Of a stretch of 64,000 bases of DNA, positions 26,201 through 36,200 are shown one piece after another. Position numbers and translations under genes: made by a program. Within the stretch, counting starts at the first letter, position 1, and the number at the start of each line of letters is the position of its first letter. Under the pieces are notes generated by a model, which did no database searches, was not told the DNA's origin, and saw nothing but the letters and a program-made list of their open reading frames with translations. The stretch lies in IMG/VR virus record IMGVR_UViG_3300021387_000281; one strand, written 5' to 3'. Origin of the DNA: an uncultured virus (IMG/VR IMGVR_UViG_3300021387_000281) (taxonomy: Duplodnaviria; Heunggongvirae; Uroviricota; Caudoviricetes; Crassvirales).

Positions 26201-27340
26201 AACTTCTTCACTTATAAGATACTGGATGAAGACTACTACAAGAATAACACATTCCCCAATCAGATTACATGGACTAAGGAGAAACATGCAGGAGCTGATG
26301 TAGACTTATGGACTAATATCACACTTGCTTCAACCTATGATATGGATGGAAGTAAAGGTAAGATTGTATCACTGAATGCATGGAAAGACCAACTCTTCTG
26401 TTTCCAGGATAAAGGAATTAGCAATATTCTGTTTAACTCAAGAGTGCAGATTCCAACATCTGATGGTGTGCCTATTGAGATTAGTAATAACTATAAGGTG
26501 GATGGCTATAGGTATTTGAGTGATGGTATTGGATGCTCTAATAAGTGGACTATTAAAGAGACTCCAGCATCAATCTACTTCATTGATTCTACAAGTCACC
26601 ACTTATATAGCATTGGAGAAGGGTTTACAAATCTTACTGTGAATAAGAACATGGGTTCTTGGTTTAACAGTAATGGTGTTCTAATTAACAAGACAGTATA
26701 TGATGATGTGCACCATGATGTCTATCTTGTGAAGGATGATGAAGCATTGTGCTACTCTGAGTTGCTTGGGGAGTTTACCTCTTTCATGGATTATGGTGGT
26801 ATGAATGTGCTGGAATCTTATCAGGGTAAGGTATTCTCAATGAGGGGTGGTCTGTCAGACAGGCGTCTCTATAAGATGTTTACAGGTAACTACAACTATT
26901 TCTTTGATGCTTACAAGCCTTGGTATCTTACATTCATCTCCAATGGTATTGATGAGAGTACTATGGACTTTGATAAGATATTCAGTAATATTGACTATAG
27001 ACTTGACTTCTTTGATGAAGGCATCTATGATCCCGATGAAACATTTGATTTTATGAGAGCCTGGAATGAATATCAGGATACTCAGAAAGTTGCTCTCAGC
27101 TCAAGAAATGACGGCAAAGGATATAAGACATCGAAGTTCTATAGAGGAGGTAATCCACAGAAAAAGTTTAGGATTTGGAGAATACAGATTCCTAGAGCTA
27201 AGAAGCTAAAGAATGGGTTGTATGTTCTTACCAATGATAGAATGAGGAATCCTTGGTGTAAGATTACATTGGGAAAGAATGCTGATGAGAGTAATATGAA
27301 AGCTGTACTACAAGACTTGAATGTGCAATATTATATTTGA
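23255..27340 (+). CDS. tail stabilisation / muzzle protein
   Basis: 1361 aa; N-terminal GMQKD...ARNIR...ITNEKG, YWTDGLNQPR, GDTYYQRWDCLKT, KKFRIWR...R.RNPW C-terminus. Confidence 0.8.
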   Translation: MLQRNEHHTFTGMQKDLAISKHPSKYLVDARNIRLTQREDGSTLLAITNEKGTKDTELEIEGMYLGHCILNEFLVIFSTNTYEGVDYIDRINLSTLEKVSLYAGSLNFSVANPIEAIGSYENKDVQKVYWTDGLNQPRVINIMDTNEPPTNTYFDFVNTLKLEEKVSIQKILGANGMFPSGVIQYAFTYYNKYGQESSIFYTTPLLYVSFIDRGGNPEEKISNAFSIKVEKLDTNFDYLRIYSIQRTSINGTPIVKRVQDVSIDSASYIDNNDYTKGKYITFIDTGTEGNTVDPTELIYKGGECIKAETIEQKDGTLFLGNISIARDSLKEEGFENTIVNNINIISATRKFKVNNTSSGAYTYGSQLSALQVVTESGNDTITNNSVPCGGFKHGNYYRLGIQFQHESGKWSDPIPYDDVLQEEFPGIDNANGIVTVPTFDAEFSEDNNHTIQSLIDKGYKKVRGVVVFPEPKDRVVVCQGVTNPTLRTPNNTHHQSSWFFRPLLDNYESQDNITASPKGILSTELDYLNKGDANYDKALTRNVEIQGSYSTEDKFEIKYKVMTLHTPDAVFSEDFLNYDFTGTKCKKVGNISFQGTLSDIDIQTETPTASISGNGFVHPILSTGGNNGSFGIISGVFYDDFVIDDHNNVYEPYIRERSSVKWLVYAWNKSGSLNNDFNRAEGDGTRTAVLKKKVISNLRYAITEWDSISEETEVISDFTPALFSSDQLNLLKLGAYSYLGNIDTLLTPEKADGMYFAFNDGGDTSNVKKRDVVTELTEDVLWKTYSTNDDANGDAADEGLWKYVNNSWERVNTDIGDKMANLVQSKESVRMKYKSTPHLIIDGESIQYETGLPVVEVQIPGDNSSSFYRNTMFGGKRPDAFKENVWLPCGEPVSLAESNNTAKSTVLFSYSYGDTYYQRWDCLKTYAFTPEDINQVVEIGSFMLETYVNIDGRYDRNRGQLSNLNMSPQNFNLLNPVYSQLNNFFTYKILDEDYYKNNTFPNQITWTKEKHAGADVDLWTNITLASTYDMDGSKGKIVSLNAWKDQLFCFQDKGISNILFNSRVQIPTSDGVPIEISNNYKVDGYRYLSDGIGCSNKWTIKETPASIYFIDSTSHHLYSIGEGFTNLTVNKNMGSWFNSNGVLINKTVYDDVHHDVYLVKDDEALCYSELLGEFTSFMDYGGMNVLESYQGKVFSMRGGLSDRRLYKMFTGNYNYFFDAYKPWYLTFISNGIDESTMDFDKIFSNIDYRLDFFDEGIYDPDETFDFMRAWNEYQDTQKVALSSRNDGKGYKTSKFYRGGNPQKKFRIWRIQIPRAKKLKNGLYVLTNDRMRNPWCKITLGKNADESNMKAVLQDLNVQYYI

Positions 27341-27364
27341 GTTGATATACTATAGCTACATACA
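27341..27364 (+). repeat. 7-5-7 palindromic element (dispersed family, degenerate)
   Basis: GTTGATA-TACTA-TAGCTAC-ATACA, immediately after the muzzle gene stop. Confidence 0.6.
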
Positions 27365-27372
27365 AAACAAAG

Positions 27373-27414
27373 TGGGGAAGTATAAGTAAAAAACTTGTGC
27401 TTCCCTATTATTTT
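27373..27414 (+). terminator. intrinsic terminator
   Basis: GGGAAGTATAAGT-AAAAA-ACTTGTGCTTCCC hairpin followed by an AT-rich tail. Confidence 0.65.
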
Positions 27415-27447
27415 ATAAACTGATTTTAGATAGTGGTTTTGAATGAG

Positions 27448-27455
27448 TACATTTG
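27448..27455 (+). promoter_or_regulatory. -7 promoter element for the cargo operon
   Basis: TACATTTG-CA ending 17 nt upstream of the ATG at 27473. Confidence 0.55.
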
Positions 27456-27472
27456 CAGAAAATTGATAGAGT

Positions 27473-30400
27473 ATGAAAAAGAACAGTCTATATACAGTTA
27501 CTCCTTGGAATCAGAATGTGTTTTGCAGAGGAGGTAACAAATATGCTTTCGGAGATTTCCAAAAACCTAAAATTAACGGAGTAAAAAACAAGGGCTACAT
27601 GGGGAACTGGCTTGGTACTAATAAGCTGTCTGCAGGAACTGGTGCTATGATAGGTGCCTTAGGCACTGCTGTTGGTGGATTAGGAAGCAGTCTTATTGGT
27701 GGTGGCTATGATGCTTACGGAGTTGGTAATAGTGTTTCTTCTATAGGTAACACTATTGGCAGCGCAGTGAGTCAAGTGAACCCTTTGGTGGGGGGTATTA
27801 TTTCTGCGGGTACTGGTATCATTGGTGGTGGTATCAACAGGCTTTGGGGAATGAAGACAAACCAAGAAGCCTTGAATAGAGCTAATAGCGATATTGCATC
27901 TATGAAGAACTTTACAAGTAATGCCAATAGCTTTGATAACATTGAAGGCCCTGCTGCTGTAGCATCTGTAGGAAATGTTTATAAAGGAGGAGTATTCAAG
28001 AAAGGTACTGCAAGGAGAAAGAATCAAGCTCTGCAGACTGACTTGAATAATGCTGTTGCCTTTGCTAACAATAGTGTAGCTAATAACATTGAGAATCTGC
28101 AGGCAGACCAATTCAATAATCTGCTTGCAAATTATGCTGCATTTGGTGGATACTTTGATATGCCTCAGGCTACAGGAGCTTTGGGCATCATGAGAGATGA
28201 TAAATATATTGGTGCTATTAACAATAGAAGCAATGCTATTGCTAAGGCTAATGCTTTTAGTCAGGCTCCTACATCCTTCTCTCCTTTAGGTAATGCTTTT
28301 GCTTTAGGAGGAGATGTAGATAATACTTGGACTTTACAAGATGAATCTAATTATAATGAATGGAGAAAAACACTTCCTTCAAATCTTAGTACTGAAACTA
28401 ATGATTATAATTTAAGGAGTGCTTATAAGGCTGGGCTACAGCCTTCTTTAGAAAAAGATGGTAAATATCATTTAGGTTCAAGAGACCCAAGGACGGGAAA
28501 AATACTAAAAAAACCATTCCATCCTACTTATCTTATGGCTCTTGTAAATGATGCTGCTATGGGATATTATCCTACAATAGATGCAAAAGGAAATACATAC
28601 ACTGAAACATGGGAAGGAAATAAACATGCTGATGGTGGTGGTATTCACATTAAGCCAAGCCATAAGGGATTATTTACTGAGAAGGCTAATAGAGCAGGCA
28701 TGGGAATACAAGCCTATGCTTCTCATGTGCTTGCCAATAAGGAAGATTATCCCAGCTCTACAGTGAAGCAAGCTAACTTTGCAAAGAATGCTGCTGGATG
28801 GAAACATGATGCTGGAGGTAGTCTTGAAGCTGCTTTCCTTGATAATTTCAGCAGTGATCCTTTAGGAGCTGTAATGCAGTACAACAGAAGTCTTGAGACA
28901 ATGGAAGCACAAAGAGAAGCTGAAGCTGCTGCTGTAGCACAACAGGCAGCTTATGATGATATGCAGAAGAGAATGATTGATGCTGAGACTGAGAGGCAAA
29001 GCTTGCAATCTATGCTTGATAGTCAGGGATTGACTATTCAGGCATTGATGGAACAGCAGAGGCAGAATAACTACGCTGATGGTTGGAAGGAAAGAATGGG
29101 AGATGCTGTAGATAATACAGTAACTTCTACAAGCAGTCTTGTAGGCAATGCTGCTGATAAAAATAAGAACTGGCAATATATCAAGAAGAAACTTAAAGCA
29201 AGTGGTAAATTTAATGATACTCAAATTGAAGGCATCAAGCTGAATCTACAAAGAGAGTCAGGGTTTAATTGGAAAGACAGGAGTGGAGACAGTGGTAAAG
29301 CTTGGGGACTTGCTCAATGGCATGAACCCAGAAGACCTAAGGATATGAGTTTTGATGGTCAGATAAACCATCTGATTGATACTCTCTATAACTATGATGG
29401 TAAAAACCACTGGATTGGCAAAGATAACTATAATGGATTTATGAATGCAAGAACGCCTGAAGAGGCTCACTACTTTATTGCAAAAGGATGGGAGAGACCT
29501 GCAAGTGAAATATTGACAGGACTTAAAGAGGCTTCAGACAGAAGCTTGAGGAAGCATGCTTTTGGTGGTGAGCTTGGTACTAATGGTACTGACTTCACTA
29601 CTGGACTGCTTGAGATAAATACTGGAAACAGCCATGAGGAGAATCCCCATGAAGGAGTACAGCTTGGATTTGATGAACAAGGTATTCCTAACCTTGTGGA
29701 GGAGGGAGAGACTGTATATAACGACTATGTGTTCTCAAACAGGCTGAAAGTTCCTGCTTTTATGAGAAGGCAGTTAGGCTTGGGAGGAAGCATGAAAGAC
29801 GATATTACCTTTGCTGCTGCAAGTAAGAAGATTGCAGAAGCAGGTAAGGAAAGACCTAATAATCCTATGGACATGGATTATATGGATGATGCTCTTGGTA
29901 AGCTTGCTCAAGTACAGGAGGCTGAGAGAATGAGAATGCATGCAGAAGAAACCAATGATGAGATGGAGAGAATCAATGCAATGCCTATGGAAGGAATGAT
30001 GCAAGGAGCTATGGGATTACAAGCTGCAAACGGAGGAAGATTGAATAAGTTTGACAAAGGAGGGAATACAATCAATCCATATGCCTATGATAGAAGTTGG
30101 GACGGATTTAAGTATTTTAATCCTGAGACAGGAAAGTATGATGCTGATTACCTGAATTTTGTCAATAATATTAATCAGGATTGGGTAAACAGGATTATGC
30201 GTGGACAGTATGGTTCTATGGATAGATATCTTGCAAGAAACTCTGGAGTAACTCCCACTATTGCTCAAGTGCAGTCATTAGCATCAGATAAGATGTATTC
30301 AGATATGCACAAAGCAATGGCAGCTGCCTATGAAGATTATCTTAAAGGCATAGACCCAGTAACAGGAGAGGCTACTTTGCCTGAAGTAGAAGTAGCTGCT

Positions 30401-31435
30401 TCTAACAGAAGCACTAACAACTATCCTCAGACCTATTGGGGCCCTGGAGTAGATAATACATCATTCTGGACAGCGGCACAACAGGCTGGTTATACTGGAC
30501 TGCCTGAAGTTGATTGGAGGGGAAATGCGGGAGCTAAAGTACCTGTGTATGTTCCAGAAGGTGCTACTGCTGAATCAATAGGAGTACAAGCACCTATGGA
30601 AGTACCATCTGTATTAGAGGAAAGAAGGAAAGACCCTAATGACCCGATGAATGCAGGAGTAAAAGGAAATAACGATGAAAGAAAACCTTATGCTACATGG
30701 ATGAGGTATGCTCCTGCAGTAGGTACAGGCATTATGACTCTTACTGACTTGCTTGGTTTGACTAACAGACCTGATTACACCTATGCAGATAAACTAGAAG
30801 CAGCAGCAAATAGAGCAGGTTATGCTCCAAGCATCAGATATACTCCTATTGGAGACTATATGACTTACAGACCTTTGGATAGACTCTTCTATGCTAACCA
30901 GCTTCAGGCTAATGCAAGAGCTACTGACAGAGCATTAGCAAATACATCAGGAGGCAATAGAGGTACTGCTCAGGCTGCAATGATTGCTAATGGTTATAAT
31001 ACCAATAATAACCTTGGTAATCTTTACAGACAGGCAGAAGAATATAACCTTGCACAGAGAGAAAAGGTTGCTGATTTCAATAGAAGAACCAATATGTTTA
31101 ATTCTCAAATGGGTCTTGAAGCAGATATGGCTAATGCAAGATATAGACAGCAGGCAGCAAATGCTCAGCTTAGTGGCTTAGCTCAGGCAGCAGCTATGAG
31201 AGATTCTATTGATCAGAGAGTAGGAGCAGCAAGGAGTGCTAACATTACTAACCTGCTTAATAATCTTGGTAATATTGGTAGAGAGAACTTTGCCATGAAT
31301 CAAATTAATTATGATAGGACAAGACCTTATAAGGGAAGATTGAATGGTACTTCCTATTATTATAATGAAAATGCCTTTGGAGGAGAGATTGAAAGAAATA
31401 AAAAGAATAAAAAGCAAGGAAGGAGGAGTAAATAA
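27473..31435 (+). CDS. modular virion cargo (ejection) protein with Gly-rich membrane-inserting segments and a phage tail lysozyme-like domain
   Basis: 1320 aa; Gly-rich hydrophobic aa ~55-125, GIKLNLQRESGFN...GLAQWH...WERP lysozyme-like domain, SHEENPHEGV...NLVEEGE...VFSNRL motif, repeated xxxGG motifs. Confidence 0.75.
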   Translation: MKKNSLYTVTPWNQNVFCRGGNKYAFGDFQKPKINGVKNKGYMGNWLGTNKLSAGTGAMIGALGTAVGGLGSSLIGGGYDAYGVGNSVSSIGNTIGSAVSQVNPLVGGIISAGTGIIGGGINRLWGMKTNQEALNRANSDIASMKNFTSNANSFDNIEGPAAVASVGNVYKGGVFKKGTARRKNQALQTDLNNAVAFANNSVANNIENLQADQFNNLLANYAAFGGYFDMPQATGALGIMRDDKYIGAINNRSNAIAKANAFSQAPTSFSPLGNAFALGGDVDNTWTLQDESNYNEWRKTLPSNLSTETNDYNLRSAYKAGLQPSLEKDGKYHLGSRDPRTGKILKKPFHPTYLMALVNDAAMGYYPTIDAKGNTYTETWEGNKHADGGGIHIKPSHKGLFTEKANRAGMGIQAYASHVLANKEDYPSSTVKQANFAKNAAGWKHDAGGSLEAAFLDNFSSDPLGAVMQYNRSLETMEAQREAEAAAVAQQAAYDDMQKRMIDAETERQSLQSMLDSQGLTIQALMEQQRQNNYADGWKERMGDAVDNTVTSTSSLVGNAADKNKNWQYIKKKLKASGKFNDTQIEGIKLNLQRESGFNWKDRSGDSGKAWGLAQWHEPRRPKDMSFDGQINHLIDTLYNYDGKNHWIGKDNYNGFMNARTPEEAHYFIAKGWERPASEILTGLKEASDRSLRKHAFGGELGTNGTDFTTGLLEINTGNSHEENPHEGVQLGFDEQGIPNLVEEGETVYNDYVFSNRLKVPAFMRRQLGLGGSMKDDITFAAASKKIAEAGKERPNNPMDMDYMDDALGKLAQVQEAERMRMHAEETNDEMERINAMPMEGMMQGAMGLQAANGGRLNKFDKGGNTINPYAYDRSWDGFKYFNPETGKYDADYLNFVNNINQDWVNRIMRGQYGSMDRYLARNSGVTPTIAQVQSLASDKMYSDMHKAMAAAYEDYLKGIDPVTGEATLPEVEVAASNRSTNNYPQTYWGPGVDNTSFWTAAQQAGYTGLPEVDWRGNAGAKVPVYVPEGATAESIGVQAPMEVPSVLEERRKDPNDPMNAGVKGNNDERKPYATWMRYAPAVGTGIMTLTDLLGLTNRPDYTYADKLEAAANRAGYAPSIRYTPIGDYMTYRPLDRLFYANQLQANARATDRALANTSGGNRGTAQAAMIANGYNTNNNLGNLYRQAEEYNLAQREKVADFNRRTNMFNSQMGLEADMANARYRQQAANAQLSGLAQAAAMRDSIDQRVGAARSANITNLLNNLGNIGRENFAMNQINYDRTRPYKGRLNGTSYYYNENAFGGEIERNKKNKKQGRRSK

Positions 31436-33246
31436 TGGCAAATTATAGTCTAGTAGCAAACTCTACATTCCAACCATTTATTTATCAGGAACTATCTGCA
31501 CCATTAGATAGACAAGCAGCTTATCATGAGAAGTTAATGGATGAGTATGATAAGCTTAGTTCACAAGCTGATGTCCTTGAGGCAATGGGAGCTAATGATA
31601 GAGATAAAGGTGTCTATCAGCAGTATAAAAACTATAGTGACAGGTTGAGGGCAGAGGCAGACAATCTGTATAGGAATGGACTGAATACAGAGAGCAGAAT
31701 GAGACTTTCAGAACTTAGGAGAATGTATAATACTGATATTGTTCCTATTCAGAATGCATGGCAGAAGAGAGAGAAGGAAGCAGAGCTGCAAATGAAAGCA
31801 CAGCTTGATGCCTCTTCAAAGGGTATTGACCTCTACTTCTCAAGGAATGCTGCTGATACTCCTCTACAGAGCTATCTTGATAATCCTAATCAGACATTTA
31901 GGACTATCAATGGTCAGGCATTGATGAATGAAGTAGCTGCACAATTCAAGGGATTGGCTAATCAATTGCAGGAAGGAAAGATTAAGAAAGAGCAACTTAG
32001 TCCTATTGAATATAGTATTATCACTCAGAAGGGTATGGACTATAATCAGTATATGGACTTCATCAATAATCCTAATGACCCAAGATTTGCTAATATCAGA
32101 GGTATCATCAATAGTACTCTTAATGCTCATGGTGCTGGCGACTTTGATGCTACTACACAGCAGAGATTGTTTGGTTTGGCTTCACAGGGTGTAGCTGCTG
32201 GAGTAGGAGAGAGGGGTATGCAATTCCATACAGATGAATGGGCTAAGATGCAGGAAACTTATAACCAACAATTAGACCTTGCCAGAAAGAAGGGAGAGAT
32301 TAAGGATGGAAATGAAGTAGGTGATGCTGTAGGTTTCGATACTTCAGAATACGATCTTCCTATGATGGGAGTAGACAGCAGTCATGCTAAAGAGCAGGAA
32401 GAAGCATTGGAAACATTAGGATATATTACCAAGAAAGATAGAATAACAGGAAAAAAAGTACTTTCTCCTACAGGAAAAGTGAAAATAAAATTCCGTCCAT
32501 ATAGCGCAAAAGATGAGTTGGTTGGAGGTACTTCATCTGAGCCTGAGATTAAAGAAGTTTCTATCTTTAATAAAGACGGCAAGATAATGACTAGAAGCCA
32601 GTTTGTTGCGCAAGCAGGTAAAAATGAAAGACTCAGAAAAACGTACAATGAGTATTTCAATAAAATGGTGAATGCAGGTAAGACACTCGGTATTTATGGC
32701 AGACAATATACTCAAAACGAATTAACAAATCAGTATAACAAATTGCGAGATAATTCAGCAGCTACCTTTGCAACAGTGCATGCTTTGAATTATAAGAAGG
32801 AAGCCTGGAATCCTACAATGAAAAGTATGATGGTTCAAGAGATTAAGGACTATAAGGGAGGCAAGCCTGTATTTGATTCTGAAAGAGTATCTTTGAATAG
32901 TTTATTAAACAAGAAAGATGGTGAAGGCACAATTTCAGTAGCTCCTTACTGGTCAACAGTAGAAGGGCACGAGGGTCTTATTCTTGCAACAACAGAAGAT
33001 GGTAAAGCACATAGATACTTTGTACCTGCAGACCAAATAGCAGAAAGTAATATACAAGGTAATAGGGGTGCAAGATACTGGTTCAGGGTAGCAAATCAAG
33101 CTAGAACTAATGGAGACACTGCACTAGAAAGACAGGCAAAGGCTAACGGCTTAAGTGCTCTGTACAGAGGTCTTACTCTTCAGAGTAACGGTCAGGAGAA
33201 TGATGTAAATAGACAAGCAACTAGAAAAGAAGCAGGATTACAATAA
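31435..33246 (+). CDS. virion cargo protein
   Basis: 603 aa, coupled by TAATG to the previous gene; starts FQPF.YQEL..PL. Confidence 0.65.
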   Translation: MANYSLVANSTFQPFIYQELSAPLDRQAAYHEKLMDEYDKLSSQADVLEAMGANDRDKGVYQQYKNYSDRLRAEADNLYRNGLNTESRMRLSELRRMYNTDIVPIQNAWQKREKEAELQMKAQLDASSKGIDLYFSRNAADTPLQSYLDNPNQTFRTINGQALMNEVAAQFKGLANQLQEGKIKKEQLSPIEYSIITQKGMDYNQYMDFINNPNDPRFANIRGIINSTLNAHGAGDFDATTQQRLFGLASQGVAAGVGERGMQFHTDEWAKMQETYNQQLDLARKKGEIKDGNEVGDAVGFDTSEYDLPMMGVDSSHAKEQEEALETLGYITKKDRITGKKVLSPTGKVKIKFRPYSAKDELVGGTSSEPEIKEVSIFNKDGKIMTRSQFVAQAGKNERLRKTYNEYFNKMVNAGKTLGIYGRQYTQNELTNQYNKLRDNSAATFATVHALNYKKEAWNPTMKSMMVQEIKDYKGGKPVFDSERVSLNSLLNKKDGEGTISVAPYWSTVEGHEGLILATTEDGKAHRYFVPADQIAESNIQGNRGARYWFRVANQARTNGDTALERQAKANGLSALYRGLTLQSNGQENDVNRQATRKEAGLQ

Positions 33247-33247
33247 T

Positions 33248-36200
33248 ATGCCAGCAGATATTACTAAACATGGAACAAATGGCCTTAAAGGTCTAGAAGG
33301 GCTTCCATCATTGGAAGAAGCCCAAGAGTGGGGTAGAAGAAGTCAGTCAGGAATTCTTGGACCTACGACAGGTTCAGACATGTCTTCTTTACATTCTTAT
33401 GGTTATGATAGTCCTATGGGACAATGGGGCAGCAGTAAGTATGACAATACTTTTGAAAACGCCCCACTTGTTAACAATCAGATGCAAGATACTCGTTATG
33501 AGAACCAGCCTTGGTATGATACTTTGGCCAATGGTGTGGGTAAGATGCTGGGTACTGCAGGCACTACCTTTGTAAGTTCATTGGTAGGACTACCTACTGG
33601 TATTGCTGCTGTTGGCAGAGGTCTTATAGAAGGAGAAGAGAATCCTTGGGCTAACATGTGGGATAACGATGTTACTAATGCTCTTGGAGATGTGGACAAG
33701 TGGTTAGAGGAGAATATGACTAACTACAAGAGTACTGAGCAGCAAAATGCTCCTTGGTATAGTCTGACTAACTTAGGCTCCATGAATTTCTGGGCTGATG
33801 ATGTCATTAAGAATGCTGGCTTTACTCTTGGTGCTGCTTCTTCAATGGCTGTTGGTAGTGGCTCTTTAGGCTTGTTGGCTAAGTCTCTTGGCTTTGTAAA
33901 TGATGTACACAAGGGTGTTGGAATGGGAAGTAAGGTAGCTTCTGCACTCTTCTCTGCTACTGGTGAAGGAATGATTGAAGCCAGGAATGGTGTTGAGGAA
34001 AGAAATAAGCTTAAATTTCAAGAACTTGAAGATGCTCTTGCTCCTGAGAAACAAGCCCTAGAAGAGCAATTTAATCTTGTGAATGAAGAATATCAAGCTA
34101 ACAAAGGATTGAGCTTGCAGAGAGGTTCTGATGGACAATTATATGATCTTGCCTATAAAGTTTATAAGCAGAAGATGTCGGTATTAGCTCAACAGAGAGA
34201 TGAGCTAAATAAAAAGATGGAATATGGTAGGCAGGAGATTATAGACAGTGGTAGAGAGATGGGTAACAAGATACTTGCAGGTAATCAAGTACTACTCACT
34301 GCTGACAATATCATTCAGTTTAGCAAATTGATGAATAAGAGCTTCAATAATGCCAGACATGCTGCAGAGGTTACTTCAAAGACCTCTAAACCCTTCCTTG
34401 CAGGAGCAGAAAGAGTGAGCAGTAACCTTGCTGACGGCTATAAGACTACAGGAAAGGGTATTGGAAGACTTCATGCAGCCACCAAAGGCATCTTTACTGA
34501 AGGCTCTGAGGAAATGAATCAGCAGTGGATTCAGAATACTGCTGGATATACAGAAGAGAGGAAAGATATTAATGACTACTGGAAAGCTAAGTATGACCCA
34601 GAGGCATATAAGGACACAAGCAGGGGACTCTACACATTAGGTCAAGCTATCAACCAGGGATTCAAGGACAGCTGGGGAGACATTGACCAATGGGAACAGT
34701 TTGTAATTGGTGGTCTTACAGGTATGGCAGGCAGCTATGCTCCTACAAAGCTGTTTAATCAAGACAAGACTAAATCAAGATGGGATCCTCGCAGATATGG
34801 AGAATGGAGTGGGGGAGCCATCAATGAGGTTAGAGACTTTAATAATGAGTTTAATCAGTATCAAGAGAATATTGATGACTTGAATAAGGCACTTGCTCAA
34901 GAAGACTTTGGGGAGAGAACAAGAAACCTCATTGCACATACCTACCTTGAGAGTAGTAAGGAGAAAGCCCTTCAGGAGAATGATAAAAAGGCATGGAAGG
35001 ATGAAGATGATAAGCAGGCTATCCATGATATTCAGGCATTCTTGAGGGCAGGTAAGCTTGATGACCTCAGAGCTATCTATGATGAGATGGGCAAGGATAT
35101 GAGTGATGATGAGATTGAGGATATTGTCAAGAGAAATACTAAGGAAATTACTGCTGAAGAGGATAAGAGAAATTATGATAGAGAGATTGATGCACAGATA
35201 GGACAGCACCAGCAGAGAATAGCAGAGATAAACAGCAGAATAGATGACTATACAGATGCTTTAGAAGTATTTAGTGATGGGGCAGAAAGAAGCTCCTATC
35301 TTACTACCATCACTCCAAGGATAGCAGAATTAAGAGAGGAAGTTAGGAAAGAGGAAGATGCAATACAGAATCTTAATCAGCAGAAAGATGCTTATACTGG
35401 ACAAAAAAGGTTTGAGGGTGCTTATCTCGATGATAAAGGAAACAGAATAAAGAGCAATGATGAAATAAGAGAAGAAATTAAACACAACACTGAGGAGCTT
35501 AACAGGAAGCTTGATGGATACTTGGACAGTATCAACTTTGTAAACCAAAGAACTAACGGGCAACTGACCAAAGACCAAGAAGACAATTTGGCCTATCTAC
35601 ATAATATGGGTAAGGAGAGTCTTAACAGGGCAGATAAGATTATGTCTAACGTAAGACAAAGCTTGCCTACAAAGTTCTTGCTGAAGACCAGCAAGACTCC
35701 AGAAGAACTTGCTAAAGAAAATGGTAGCTCAGACCTTACATTTGCCAAGGATGAAAATACAAAGGAGGGATATGTAGAAGTAGATACTTCACTGATGAAT
35801 GACCACTCATTTGCTGATTTCTTCTTGAGAAATGTACTCTGGGGAGGAAATATCAGACCTGAGTTTGGAGAGACTGCCGACGAAAGAGCTATACGAGAGG
35901 AGGAAGAAAAGGGGCTTAATGAGGAGGAAAAGAAGAAAAGAAGAACTGCCAAGTGGAAGAAAGCATTGGAAGATGCTCAGAATGATGCTAAGGAGCAGAA
36001 TAATACTAATGTAGACTTAATGGTACAGAACTTCCTTGATAACTATAGGAAGAACAATAGAAGTAATCAAGCAGAAGCCTTTGATGCCCTTAACAGCATG
36101 TTAGGAGATATTGCAGATGCTTCTTCTTTAATGCAGCAAGCTGGAGAGTATTATAGAACCCTTGATGACTATCTGAAGCATCCTGAGAAGATAGACCAAG

